Of a stretch of 64,000 bases of DNA, positions 30,241 through 40,354 are shown in pieces. This DNA is from Trueperaceae bacterium (GTDB taxonomy: Bacteria; Deinococcota; Deinococci; Deinococcales; Trueperaceae): assembly GCA_965214405.1 (NCBI GenBank), contig OZ243956.1, positions 1,152,001 to 1,216,000 on the forward strand, in the 5' to 3' direction. The stretch's first letter is position 1. Each line of letters opens with the position of its first letter. The translations under genes were made by a program, and so were the position numbers. The notes beneath the pieces were generated by a model. It was given only the letters and a program-made list of their open reading frames with translations, was not told the origin of the DNA and did no database searches.

Positions 30241-31866
30241 ATGGTTGACACGATGGTTGACAACACGAAAAAGACGCCAGGGGAAACGACGGGAAAGCCA
30301 GGGGAAACGTTTTTGGAGGGGGCGGCGACCGTCCACCGGGGGCTGCGCCGCGCGGCGCTTTACGAGGCGGTGCTCGGGCGCGGAGAGGGTGTCCTCGCCA
30401 AAGACGGGCCGCTTATTGTCGATACGGGCACCTTTACGGGTCGCTCGCCGCGCGACAAGTTTATCGTCAGGGACGCGCTGACCGAGGCGCTCATCGATTG
30501 GGGCGACATCAACCAATCGATGAGCGAGGCGCACTTCGCGGCGCTTAAGGAGGACTTTGGCGCGGCGGTGAGAGGCAAGACGCTTTTTGTCCAAGACCTG
30601 TATGTAGGCACCGACGCGCGCTACCGCGTGCCCGTGCGCATCATTACCGAGTACGCCTGGCACAGCCTGTTTTCCAGAAATATGTTTGTGAGGCCCGTCA
30701 CACCCTCGGAGGAGGACGCGTTTACGCCCGCTTATACGGTCGTGGACCTGCCGAGCTTAATCGCGGACCCCGCGCGGCACGGCTCCAAAGGGTCCACCGT
30801 CATCGCCCTGAATTTGAGCGAGCGCTTAGTGCTCGTCGCCAACACCGAGTACGCGGGCGAGATTAAAAAATCCGTCTTTTCGGCGATGAATTTTGCGCTG
30901 CCCGCGCAGGGCGTGCTGCCCATGCACTGCTCGGCCAACGAAGACCCGGCGGGCCGGGTGGCGCTCTTTTTCGGGCTCTCGGGCACGGGCAAGACGACGC
31001 TCTCGGCGGACGCCTCGCGCACGCTGATTGGCGACGACGAGCACGGCTGGTCGGCGGACGGCGTGTTCAACTTCGAGGGGGGCTGCTACGCCAAGGTGAT
31101 TCACTTAAGCGCCGAAAACGAGCCCGAAATCTACGCGACGACCGAACGCTTCGGGACGCTGCTCGAGAACGTCGGCTTCGACCCCGACACCCGCGTGGTC
31201 GATTTCACCGACAACAGCAAAACCGAGAACACCCGCGCGGCCTATCCCATCGAATTTATCCCCAACGCCAGCCCCACGGGCGTGGGCGGCCATCCGGCGG
31301 ACGTGGTGTTTCTGACCGCCGACGCCTTTGGCGTGCTGCCGCCCGTGTCACGCCTCAGCGTCGACCAAGCAATGTACTACTTTTTGTCGGGCTACACCGC
31401 CAAGGTCGCGGGCACCGAGCGCGGCGTGACCGAACCCAAGGCGACCTTTAGCACGTGTTTCGGCGCGCCTTTTATGCCCCTGGCGCCGAGCGTCTACGCG
31501 ACACTTTTGGGCGACAAGCTGCGCGCGCACGGGTCGCGCGTGTGGCTCGTTAACACCGGCTGGACGGGCGGTCCCTACGGGACGGGCACGCGCATCCGTT
31601 TGCCCTACACCAGGGCGATGGTCCGGGCGGCGCTGGCGGGCGAGCTTGACGCGGTCCCAACGCGCACCCATCCCATTTTCGGCTTAGACGTGCCCGAGCG
31701 CGTTCCCGGTGTTCCCGAGGGGCTGCTCGAGGCCCGCAGCACCTGGCGCGACGCGCGCGCCTACGACGCCCAGGCCGAGAAACTGGCGGCGATGTTCAGG
31801 ACGAATTTTGAGCGTTTTGCCGCCAACGTGCCCCAAAGCGTACGAGACGCGGGGCCGTTGGGTTAA
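30241..31866 (+). CDS. pckA: Phosphoenolpyruvate carboxykinase (ATP)
   Basis: TGRSPRDKF, YAGEIKK, MHCSAN, FFGLSGTGKTTLSAD, LIGDDEHGW, FNFEGGCYAK, WLVNTGW. Confidence 0.98.
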   Translation: MVDTMVDNTKKTPGETTGKPGETFLEGAATVHRGLRRAALYEAVLGRGEGVLAKDGPLIVDTGTFTGRSPRDKFIVRDALTEALIDWGDINQSMSEAHFAALKEDFGAAVRGKTLFVQDLYVGTDARYRVPVRIITEYAWHSLFSRNMFVRPVTPSEEDAFTPAYTVVDLPSLIADPARHGSKGSTVIALNLSERLVLVANTEYAGEIKKSVFSAMNFALPAQGVLPMHCSANEDPAGRVALFFGLSGTGKTTLSADASRTLIGDDEHGWSADGVFNFEGGCYAKVIHLSAENEPEIYATTERFGTLLENVGFDPDTRVVDFTDNSKTENTRAAYPIEFIPNASPTGVGGHPADVVFLTADAFGVLPPVSRLSVDQAMYYFLSGYTAKVAGTERGVTEPKATFSTCFGAPFMPLAPSVYATLLGDKLRAHGSRVWLVNTGWTGGPYGTGTRIRLPYTRAMVRAALAGELDAVPTRTHPIFGLDVPERVPGVPEGLLEARSTWRDARAYDAQAEKLAAMFRTNFERFAANVPQSVRDAGPLG

Positions 31867-31996
31867 GCCGCGCGTTCTGTAGCAGGTGGCGTTCCTTTTG
31901 AGCGAAATTCGGTTTACGCTTTACCGCTCATGACTCAGTTTAGGGAAGCCGCCTGCACCCCTAGACGCGACGTCAACGAAAACCGCTAGCCGCGCT

Positions 31997-34569
31997 TCAG
32001 CTTGACATCTGCTCGGCAGCCTTGAGCACGAGCCGGTTGCGCCCCGCTTGTTTGGCTTTGTAAAGCGCGTCGTCCGCGCGGGCGAAAAGGCGTTTGGCGT
32101 TGTCTCTGGGGCTGAAGTCGGTGCCGCCCAAAGAGACCGTCATGGGCCCCGTTTTGAAAGGGTGCGCCGCCACCGCGCCGCGGATGCGCTCGCCCAACTC
32201 TGAGAGCTGAGAGAGGTCCGCGTGGGGCGCGACGAGGACGAACTCCTCGCCGCCCCAACGCGCTAAGAGGTCGCTACTGCGAACGGTCGCGCGCACCACC
32301 ATACTGAGTTCGCGCAAGACCTCGTCGCCCGCGTCGTGGCCGTGTTCGTCGTTTACGCGCTTGAAGTGGTCCAAGTCGAGGACCAACAGCCCCAAAGGAC
32401 GCGCGTGGCGGCGTGACAGCGCCATTTCGCGTTCTAGCGTCCGGTCGAACGCGCGGCGGTTGGGTAGCCCCGTGAGTTCGTCGTTTCGCGTTTGCCGGGA
32501 GAGCTCTAGGGCCATCGCCACCTGGTTACACGCCATTTCCATGACCGTCAGCTCGTCCGCCGCGAAGTGGGTGCGCCCGCGCGTGCCGAAAGAGAGCGTG
32601 CCGATAAGGCGACCGTGCGCGAGGAGCGGCAAACAGGCGTAAGCGCCCAGCCCGAGCGCGCGTAGGGGCAACAGGGGCGCGGGCACCTGTGAACCCTTCT
32701 GGACGTCCTCGACAAACACCGCGCGCTGGCTCTTAGCCACCGCGCCGACCACGCCCTCGCCGAACTCGAGCCACTCGAGCGCCTTGACCACGTCCTCGGG
32801 CAACCCCTCGGACGACGCGAGCCTCAAATGACGCCCCGTTTCGTCTTCGTCAACCAAATAGTTGAGGTAAATTTCCAGCCCCAAATGCGCCGAAAGCTTG
32901 GCAAAAAGGCTGCTGACAAACTTTTGGGGCTCGTTGGCGAGCAGGAGCTGGTTCGCCATCTCGGAAAGAAGCGCCAGGCGCTCGTTACGCGCTCTTAACG
33001 TCGCCTCCGCCTCTTTACGGGCGATAGCCTCGGCTAAAACGTCGGCCACGGTCCCAACAAAGGCGACCTCGTCCGACCTGTAGGTCCGCGCCTGCGTATC
33101 ATACACACCCAAAATTCCGTAAGTTTTTCCGCGACTCCTGACGGGTGCGCGAACGCCGTTCACGGCCCCGTGCGCTTGCGCCGCTGCCGGTAGCTTTTTA
33201 AGGACCTCTGCCCTACCCGCGACTCTTACGCGCTCGTTAGCACGTTCACGCATCCGGGTCACCTCGGCTCCGCGCGCGCCCCAGCCCACGCCCGCGCGCC
33301 GCACGAGATAACCCGCGCCGCTTTCCGCGCTGATTCCTACGCCGCTTATACCGTCCGCCTCGCGCGCCTTCGCCCCTCCCTCGAGCCCGACACTCGCCCC
33401 AAGAGCGTCGGCTTGACGCGTTATTTTGTCAACTTTATGAGAATCAGGGCGAGCACCAAGAGGAGCGTCAGGCGAACCCGCGCTAGGGAGCTCGAGCACC
33501 TCTCCCAAAGGAAGCGACAGCGCCGCGTCACCCACACGACCGCCTCGCCCATCAGCGCCTGCGGTTCGGCCCCCGCGATGGCGCGCTGCCCCAAGTTTGC
33601 GACCACCTCCTGCTGCGCCACGCGCCGCCTGATGGACTCTTCGAATTCTTTGCGTTCGGTCACGTCATGCGTCGCCATCACCGCGCCGATCGTACGACCG
33701 GCGGCGTCTTTGAGCCTTTGCGCGTTGGCGCTCAACACGCGGGGTGTTCCCTCTGTGACGGCAACCACCAGTTCGGCCTCGCGCACGCGTTCACCCCCCA
33801 ACGCGCGGCAAATAGGAACACGTTCCTGAGGCAACCTAGTCACGCCGTCACTCTCAAAAAAGTTATGCGCCCAGGTAGAGACCGACGGGGGCTGTTCTGC
33901 ACCGTCACCAAGGCCCTGAAACCGACCTTCCAACCCGCCGTGAAACTCGCTCGCGGCGTGGTTCGCCATGACGATGCGCCCCGCTTCGTCGCTCACCACG
34001 ATGCCGTCGGTGATGTTGTCTAAAACCGTTCTTAAAAAGTCCCTTTCGCGCGCCAGCGCCTCCTCCGCTTCGGCTCTCGCGCGCCGCGCCTCGGCCTCGC
34101 GCAGCGCCCGCGTTACCGCCACGCCTAAGCGCGACAGTTTGCCTTTGTTGACGTAGTCCGCCGCCCCCTTTTGCATAAGCGCCACCGCCGCCTCCTCACC
34201 CACCGCGCCCGACACGACGATGCAAGGAAGGTTAGGCCGCAGCTCCTGCAAAAGCTCCAAGACGCCTGTCGAGGAAAAGCTGGGCATCGCGTGGTCGGTC
34301 AGCACAAGGTCCCAGGGATGAGCCAAAAGCGCCGCGCGCATCGCCTCATAGGTGTCTACGCGTTTAGAAAAAACATCGATATCGATCCGCTTTAGGGAGC
34401 GTAAAACGAGTTCGGCGTCGTCCTCGGAGTCTTCGACCAAAAGCGTGCGGAGGGAGTGTCGGGAGGCGTTCGCGCTCTCCTTACCAAATGTCCCCGCGTT
34501 GACGTCCAGCGTCCCCGCTTCTACGTCTGGAAGGGTGGCGTCACTCGAGGCGTAACTCACGTCGCTCAC
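31997..34569 (-). CDS. REC-PAS-GAF-GAF-GGDEF diguanylate cyclase split by a 1-nt frameshift near 33525
   Basis: ORF 33421-34569 (REC: LLVEDSEDD, LTDHAMP; PAS) joins ORF 31997-33535 (GAF; RSSD..RWGGEEF) at EAVVWVT/AALSLPLGEVLEL. Confidence 0.85.
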
Positions 34570-34905
34570 GCTGGCCCCCCAGCCAAACCTTCAAACGAGT
34601 AGAAGCGCGTTGCATTCATCACAGCCGGATGCACGCGTTTACCTTCGTCCGTCCGCCGCACCGTAAACTCTTCTCTTACGCATAGAATCACACCCCTCCC
34701 AATTCAGTGTAGCGAAAAGTAGAGAGGCCGCCGTGGAGAACTCCGCATTTCAAAGGGAGGGTGAAAAGCTTTACGAAGGGGCTCGAGCCACGCCTCTACC
34801 TCTTTCATGCAGTTTTTATACAGCCTTTATACGGTGCATGTCTACCGTGCGAAAGAGCTGAACCGAGACCGTTGTTAAGCTCGAGCGCGAAAATTATCAG
34901 AGTGC

Positions 34906-36063
34906 TTAAATCAGCGCCCCTAGCCCCGTCAAGTCCCGACCCACGATGAGCGTGTGAATATCATAGGTGCCTTCATACGTATCGACGGTTTCCAAATTGA
35001 GCATGTGCCGAATCGCGTGGTACTCCAAGGTAATCCCGCTCCCGCCCAAGACCTCGCGCGCCAGCCGCGCCCCCACCAGGGCCGCGCGCACGTTGTTGCG
35101 TTTGGCTAAAGAGACCTGCGTGTAGGTCATCTCGCCCGCGTCTTTGAGCGTGCCGAGGCGGTGCGCCAGCAAGAACCCTTTGGTGTGCTCGCTAACCATC
35201 TCGACCAGCTTGTGCTGGACAAGCTGGCGCGAGGCGATGGGTTTTTGGAAGGTGGAGCGGCTTAATGAAAACTCGAGCGCCTCCGTATACACCGCCTCCA
35301 GCGCCCCCATCGCGCCCCAGGCGATGCCGTAACGCGCCTGGGTGAGGCAGCCCAAAGGCCCCTTGAGCCCCTGCACGTTGGGGAGCATCCGGCAAGCGGG
35401 CACGCGCACGTCTTCTAAGACAAGTTCACTTGTGACGGAAGCGCGCAAGCTCATCTTGTGCTTGACCTTGTTGGCGCTAAAGCCTTTAGCGTCCGTGTGG
35501 ACGATAAAGCCGCGCACCGTTCCCTCGTCGTCTTTGGCCCAAACCACCGCCACGTCGGCGATGTTGCCGTTGGTAATCCACATTTTGGAGCCGTTGAGCA
35601 CATAATCATCGCCGTCGCGCCGCGCGCGCGTTTTCATCGCGCCGGGGTCGGAGCCGCCGTCGGCCTCGGTTAAGCCGAAGCAGCCAATCATCTCGCCCGA
35701 GGCGAGTTTGGGCAGGTAGGTTTCTTTTTGCTCGTCACTCCCATAAGCATGAATGGGGTACATCACGAGCGCGCCCTGCACCGAGGCGAACGAGCGGATG
35801 CCCGAGTCGATGCGCTCGAGCTCGTACATGAGAAGCCCGTAAGCCACGTTGCTGAGGCCCGCGCCGCCGTATTCGGGGGGCAGGTTGGGGCCGAAAAAGC
35901 CCATCTCGCCAAAGCTTTGGGCTAATTCCTCAGGCAAAAAGCCCTCTTCAAACCACTCGCGGATGTGCGGCAGCACCTCGGCGTCTAAAAACTTACGCGC
36001 CGCCGCGCGGGTCTGGCGTTCTTCGGAGCTTAGGAGGTCTTGAACGTTGTAGTAGTCAAGCAT
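34906..36063 (-). CDS. Acyl-CoA dehydrogenase, glutaryl-CoA dehydrogenase-like
   Basis: ELERIDSGIRSFASVQGALVM, GCFGLTE..GGSDP, KMWITNG, SLRASVT, TYEGTYDIH. Confidence 0.92.
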   Translation of the reverse strand: MLDYYNVQDLLSSEERQTRAAARKFLDAEVLPHIREWFEEGFLPEELAQSFGEMGFFGPNLPPEYGGAGLSNVAYGLLMYELERIDSGIRSFASVQGALVMYPIHAYGSDEQKETYLPKLASGEMIGCFGLTEADGGSDPGAMKTRARRDGDDYVLNGSKMWITNGNIADVAVVWAKDDEGTVRGFIVHTDAKGFSANKVKHKMSLRASVTSELVLEDVRVPACRMLPNVQGLKGPLGCLTQARYGIAWGAMGALEAVYTEALEFSLSRSTFQKPIASRQLVQHKLVEMVSEHTKGFLLAHRLGTLKDAGEMTYTQVSLAKRNNVRAALVGARLAREVLGGSGITLEYHAIRHMLNLETVDTYEGTYDIHTLIVGRDLTGLGALI

Positions 36064-36213
36064 AGAGAAAACTATATCGTGATTCTGGCCGCCTCACCGT
36101 TTGTGTTCTTTATTTTTTTGGCCCCCGAATCTCGCACTACGCAGCGTGAGAGTTGGGATGCAAACGCGTGCTGACAAAAGGCTTGAGAGGCTGCATAGGG
36201 AGGTGTTGGACCC

Positions 36214-37239
36214 TCAGAAACCTCCTCGAGCCTCGACAAACTCGAGCACCTCGGTTTCAAAACCCATAAAGTTAGCGCAGCCGTGCCTGGTCACCACCAG
36301 CGCGCCGCACGCGTTGCCCATGCGGGCGCTTTTGTAAGGGTCCCAATTTTTAAGCCGACCATAAATAAAGCCGCTCGCAAACGCGTCCCCCGCGCCGAGC
36401 ACATTGTAGACCTCCACCGGGAACCCAGGCGCGCGAACCACCTCACCGTTACGCAGGTGAACCGTCGCCCCCTCCGCGCCGCGCTTGACGACGAGCGCTT
36501 CCGGCCCCTGAGGTCGCGCCAATATCGCCTCGATGTTCGCCTCTACATCCCCGCGGATTTCGGGCGCGGACACTTGCTGATGCTTAACTACAATATCGTT
36601 GGGGTCGGTAATCATGGCCGCGTTGACCTCCTCTTCCGTGCCCATCGCCACGTCGACGAGCGGCAGGAGGGCGCGGACGTTGACGCCGAACGCGCGCGGG
36701 TCGCGCCACTGGTCGGCGCGGAAATCGAGGTCGAAGAAAACGGTGCGGCCCGCGCGCTGGGCCTCTTCCGCGGCGAAAAAGGTCGCGCTGCGGCTCGGCT
36801 CTCGGCTCAAACCCGTGCCGGAAATTTCCAAAGCCCTCGCCTCCGCCACGGGCGCGGCGAGCACGTCGTCGATGGTAAGCGCTAAGTCCGCCGCGTTGTC
36901 GCGGTAGTAGACGAGCGGGAAACGGTCGGGCGGCTCGATACCCAAGACGACCGCGCTGCTCCGGCGTTCTCTCTTTTTAGGGATAAAGTCGGTGTTGACG
37001 CCCTCACGGTTCAGAAAGTGGAGGATGAAGTCGCCCACCTTGTCCTCACCGACAGCGGTAAGCAGCGCGACGTTGAGCCCCAGCCGTTTGGCCCCCACCG
37101 CGATGTTTGTCGGACTTCCTCCGACGTAGGCGGCAAAGCTCTCAATCTCTTCAAAGGGCGCGCCCACCTCGTTGGCGTAGAGGTCGATGCTCGAGCGCCC
37201 CATCGTGATGAGGTCGAATTTCGTGTCCGGTTGAGTCAT
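36214..37239 (-). CDS. iolC: 5-dehydro-2-deoxygluconokinase
   Basis: DLITMGRSSIDLY, YVGGSPTNIAVG, FPLVYYR, DLDFR, VLGAGDAF; iol cluster context. Confidence 0.93.
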   Translation of the reverse strand: MTQPDTKFDLITMGRSSIDLYANEVGAPFEEIESFAAYVGGSPTNIAVGAKRLGLNVALLTAVGEDKVGDFILHFLNREGVNTDFIPKKRERRSSAVVLGIEPPDRFPLVYYRDNAADLALTIDDVLAAPVAEARALEISGTGLSREPSRSATFFAAEEAQRAGRTVFFDLDFRADQWRDPRAFGVNVRALLPLVDVAMGTEEEVNAAMITDPNDIVVKHQQVSAPEIRGDVEANIEAILARPQGPEALVVKRGAEGATVHLRNGEVVRAPGFPVEVYNVLGAGDAFASGFIYGRLKNWDPYKSARMGNACGALVVTRHGCANFMGFETEVLEFVEARGGF

Positions 37240-37309
37240 AAGCGTCCTAAAGCAGAAGTGGGTAAGGCAGTGGTGAGTGATTAGTGGATAGTGATGAGAT
37301 TGGGCAGCG

Positions 37310-38314
37310 TCACTGTATTTCCGAAAGGGTGACGGGGCGACCCTCTTTGAGGCTTTGGGTGGCGGCGTCGGCAGCGCGGAGGGCTTCGGTGGCGTCTTCG
37401 GCGTTGGGGCTGGGTGCGCGTTCTGCCCGCACCGCGTCCACGAACGCCTGGAGCTCGAGCCTATACGCGTCCCGAAAGCGCTCGAGGAAAAAGTAATAAA
37501 AGTCGCCCTGGACGCCCCTCTCGGTGTAGCGCCAGAGTTTGGTGGCGCGTTCGTCCTCCGCGACGAGCTTGCCTAGCGCGCCGTGGACCTCTACGCGCAG
37601 GTCGTAGCCGTACACGGTGCGCCGCGTGTTTTGAAGAACGCCGATGGCCCCGCTCTCGAACTCGAGCGTGACGATGCTCGTGTCCACGTCGCCATACTTT
37701 TCGTACAGAGGCTCGACCAGCACCCGGCCCAGCGCGCTCACGCGCGTGATGGGACCCGCGACAAAGCGCGCCATGTCGAGGTCGTGGATGACCGAGTCGC
37801 GGTAAAAGCCGCCCGAGGCGGCGATGTACGCTTCCGGCGAGGGGGCGGGGTCCGACGATTGAGAACGGAACATCTCGACTCGCCCGAGTTCGCCCGCGTG
37901 AACCGCGCGCGCCAGCTCGGCGTAGGCGGGGTCGAAGCGGCGGTTGAAGCCGATCTGAAAGGGCACGCCCGCGTTCTCGACGGCGGAGAGAGCTCGAGCG
38001 CTCTCCCGCCCGTCCAGCGCCACGGGCTTTTCGCAAAAAATCGCCTTGCCCGCCGCCGCTGCCGCCACAATTTGCTCGGCGTGCTGCGGCGTGGGTGAGG
38101 CGATGAGCACCGCCTGGATGTTGGGGTCGCCAAAAATCTCCTCGGCGTCATCGGTGGCGTAGGCGTTGTTAAACGCCGCGCGCGCCGCCGCGCCTTGTAA
38201 CGCGTCCATCACCGCCACGAGGTGCGCGCCGTCCACCGCGCCCGCGAGGTGCCGCGCGTGGAGCGCGCCGATACGCCCCGCGCCCAGGACGCCGAAGCCC
38301 AGAGAGGCCGTCAC
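37310..38314 (-). CDS. iolG: Inositol 2-dehydrogenase (Gfo/Idh/MocA)
   Basis: GAGRIG, FCEKP, GFNRRFDP, SGGFYRD..IHDLD, YGYDLRVEV, FFLERF. Confidence 0.9.
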   Translation of the reverse strand: MTASLGFGVLGAGRIGALHARHLAGAVDGAHLVAVMDALQGAAARAAFNNAYATDDAEEIFGDPNIQAVLIASPTPQHAEQIVAAAAAGKAIFCEKPVALDGRESARALSAVENAGVPFQIGFNRRFDPAYAELARAVHAGELGRVEMFRSQSSDPAPSPEAYIAASGGFYRDSVIHDLDMARFVAGPITRVSALGRVLVEPLYEKYGDVDTSIVTLEFESGAIGVLQNTRRTVYGYDLRVEVHGALGKLVAEDERATKLWRYTERGVQGDFYYFFLERFRDAYRLELQAFVDAVRAERAPSPNAEDATEALRAADAATQSLKEGRPVTLSEIQ

Positions 38315-38423
38315 AAGAGACGTTCTCCTGTGTACCGGAGAGAAGCACAGGATTCGTCCGCCCGTCGTGGTGTCACTCGAGCCCCACCACTTACCCTGTC
38401 ATCCAACCTGTTAGTCAATCCCG

Positions 38424-40301
38424 TCACTTAAACCGCACCTGCCTTTTCTTCTCCTCTTCATACTTCTTGCGCGCCTCCTGCACGCTTCTCTGCGTACTCA
38501 CCTCCGCCGGGGGGCAGTCCCACCAGCCGCCGAAGCCGTACGAGTCGACGCGCTTGTTCGGGTCGACCTCGACCACCACGACGTTAACCCCGCGGCGCGC
38601 TCGAGCCTCCTCCAAAGCCCTCCGGTAATCCGCCGCCGTGTCCGTGAAGACCGCGTGCGCCCCCATCGCCTCGGCGTGCTTGGCGTAGTCCACGCGGACG
38701 GTGGGGCCGTCCAAAAGATTGGCCGCGTCACGGTGGCGCAGCTCGAGCCCGAACTGCGCCGTCCCCGTGCTTTGCTGAAGTCCCCGAATGCTACCGTAAC
38801 CGTGGTTGTCGACGACTATAATGGTGAGGTCGAGCCCCTCCGCGACCGCCGTGACGATTTCCGAATTCATCATGAGGTAGGAGCCGTCGCCAATCAACAC
38901 AACCACCTCGCGCGCAGGCTCGGCCAACTTGACACCGATGCCCGCCGGGATTTCGTAGCCCATGCAGGAGTAGCCGTACTCGATGTGATACGCCCGCGGG
39001 TCATTGGGCCGCCAGAGTTTGGCGATGTCGCCGGGAATGCTGCCCGCGGCGTTGATGACAACGGCCTCACCGCCGAACACGTCGTTGGTGAGGCCCAGCA
39101 CCTCGCCCTGGCCCAACGGAGGCTCCTTGACCCGTTTGATTTCATCGACCACACCGTCCCACGTTTGTTTGAGGCTCGAGGCTCTTTGACAGTACGCGCG
39201 GCTGGTGCCCCCGTAGCCCACGCCCGCCAAAGCTTCGGTGAGCGCGCCCAAGCTGCGTTTAGCGTCGCCCACGACGGGCAGCGCGAACAGCTTGTGCGCG
39301 TCCATCGGGGTGACGTTGACGCCGATGACTTTGGCGAGGGGCGCAAAGGCCGTCTTAGACCCGGTCGTAAAGTCGGCCAAGCGCGTGCCGACGGCGAGAA
39401 TCACGTCGGCGTCTCTCGCCAGCTCGCTCGCCGCCGAACCCGCGAGCGAGCCCACGTTCCCCAAGCTCATGGGATGGTCCCAGGGCAGCGCGCCCTTGCC
39501 CGCTTGCGTCTCGGTCACGGGGATGCTGAAGCGTTCGGCAAAGGCCGCCAGGTCGCCCGTCGCCAGGCTGTACTTGACGCCGCCCCCGGCGATGATGAGG
39601 GGACGCTCCGCACTTTTTAGGAGAGCAGCGGCCTCCGCGATGACCTCGGGCTCGGGCAGCGGGCGGCGAATCCGCCAGACGCGTTTGTCGAACATTTCAA
39701 GGGGCCAGTCGAACGCCTCGGTTTGCACGTCTTCGGGGAGCGACAGCACCACCGCGCCCGTTTCGGCGGGGTCGGTGAGGACGCGCATCGCCTCGGGCAG
39801 CGCGTGAAGAAGTTGGACGGGCCTCGAGACGCGCGTAAAAAAGCGGCTCACCGGGCGGAACGCGTCGTTGACGCTCACGTCGTGCTCGGTCGGGTGCTCG
39901 ACTTGCTGCAACACGGGGTCGGGGAGGCGGTTGGCGAAATAGTCCGAGGGCAGCAGCAAGACCGGCAGGCGGTTGATGGTCGCCAAGGCCGCGCCCGTAA
40001 TCATGTTGCTCGAGCCCGGACCCACCGAGGCGGTGCAGGCGAAGGTTGACAGCCTATTGAGATGCCGCGCGTAGGCCACCGCCGTGTGGACCTGGGCCTG
40101 CTCGTTTTGCGGGCGGTAGAAGGGCATATCAACGGCGAGGCCATACTCCTGCATCGCCTGACCCAGCCCCGGCACGTTGCCGTGGCCCTGGATGCCCCAC
40201 AGTCCCGCGATGAGGCGCTGCTGCGCGCCGTCGAACTCGGAATACTGAGCCGCCAGAAACTTAACTAAGGCTTGCGCGACGGTTAGGCGCTTTGTCCTCA
40301 C
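38424..40301 (-). CDS. iolD: 3D-(3,5/4)-trihydroxycyclohexane-1,2-dione acylhydrolase (TPP-dependent)
   Basis: RLTVAQALVKFL, GHGNV.GLGQ, PDPVLQQVE, EYGYSCMGYEI, GDGSYLM; GTG start after AGGGG. Confidence 0.95.
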   Translation of the reverse strand: MRTKRLTVAQALVKFLAAQYSEFDGAQQRLIAGLWGIQGHGNVPGLGQAMQEYGLAVDMPFYRPQNEQAQVHTAVAYARHLNRLSTFACTASVGPGSSNMITGAALATINRLPVLLLPSDYFANRLPDPVLQQVEHPTEHDVSVNDAFRPVSRFFTRVSRPVQLLHALPEAMRVLTDPAETGAVVLSLPEDVQTEAFDWPLEMFDKRVWRIRRPLPEPEVIAEAAALLKSAERPLIIAGGGVKYSLATGDLAAFAERFSIPVTETQAGKGALPWDHPMSLGNVGSLAGSAASELARDADVILAVGTRLADFTTGSKTAFAPLAKVIGVNVTPMDAHKLFALPVVGDAKRSLGALTEALAGVGYGGTSRAYCQRASSLKQTWDGVVDEIKRVKEPPLGQGEVLGLTNDVFGGEAVVINAAGSIPGDIAKLWRPNDPRAYHIEYGYSCMGYEIPAGIGVKLAEPAREVVVLIGDGSYLMMNSEIVTAVAEGLDLTIIVVDNHGYGSIRGLQQSTGTAQFGLELRHRDAANLLDGPTVRVDYAKHAEAMGAHAVFTDTAADYRRALEEARARRGVNVVVVEVDPNKRVDSYGFGGWWDCPPAEVSTQRSVQEARKKYEEEKKRQVRFK

Positions 40302-40354
40302 GTTTTCACCCCTGACTTCTCTGTGGTAAATTAACGATGCAACGCCTAATGGAT

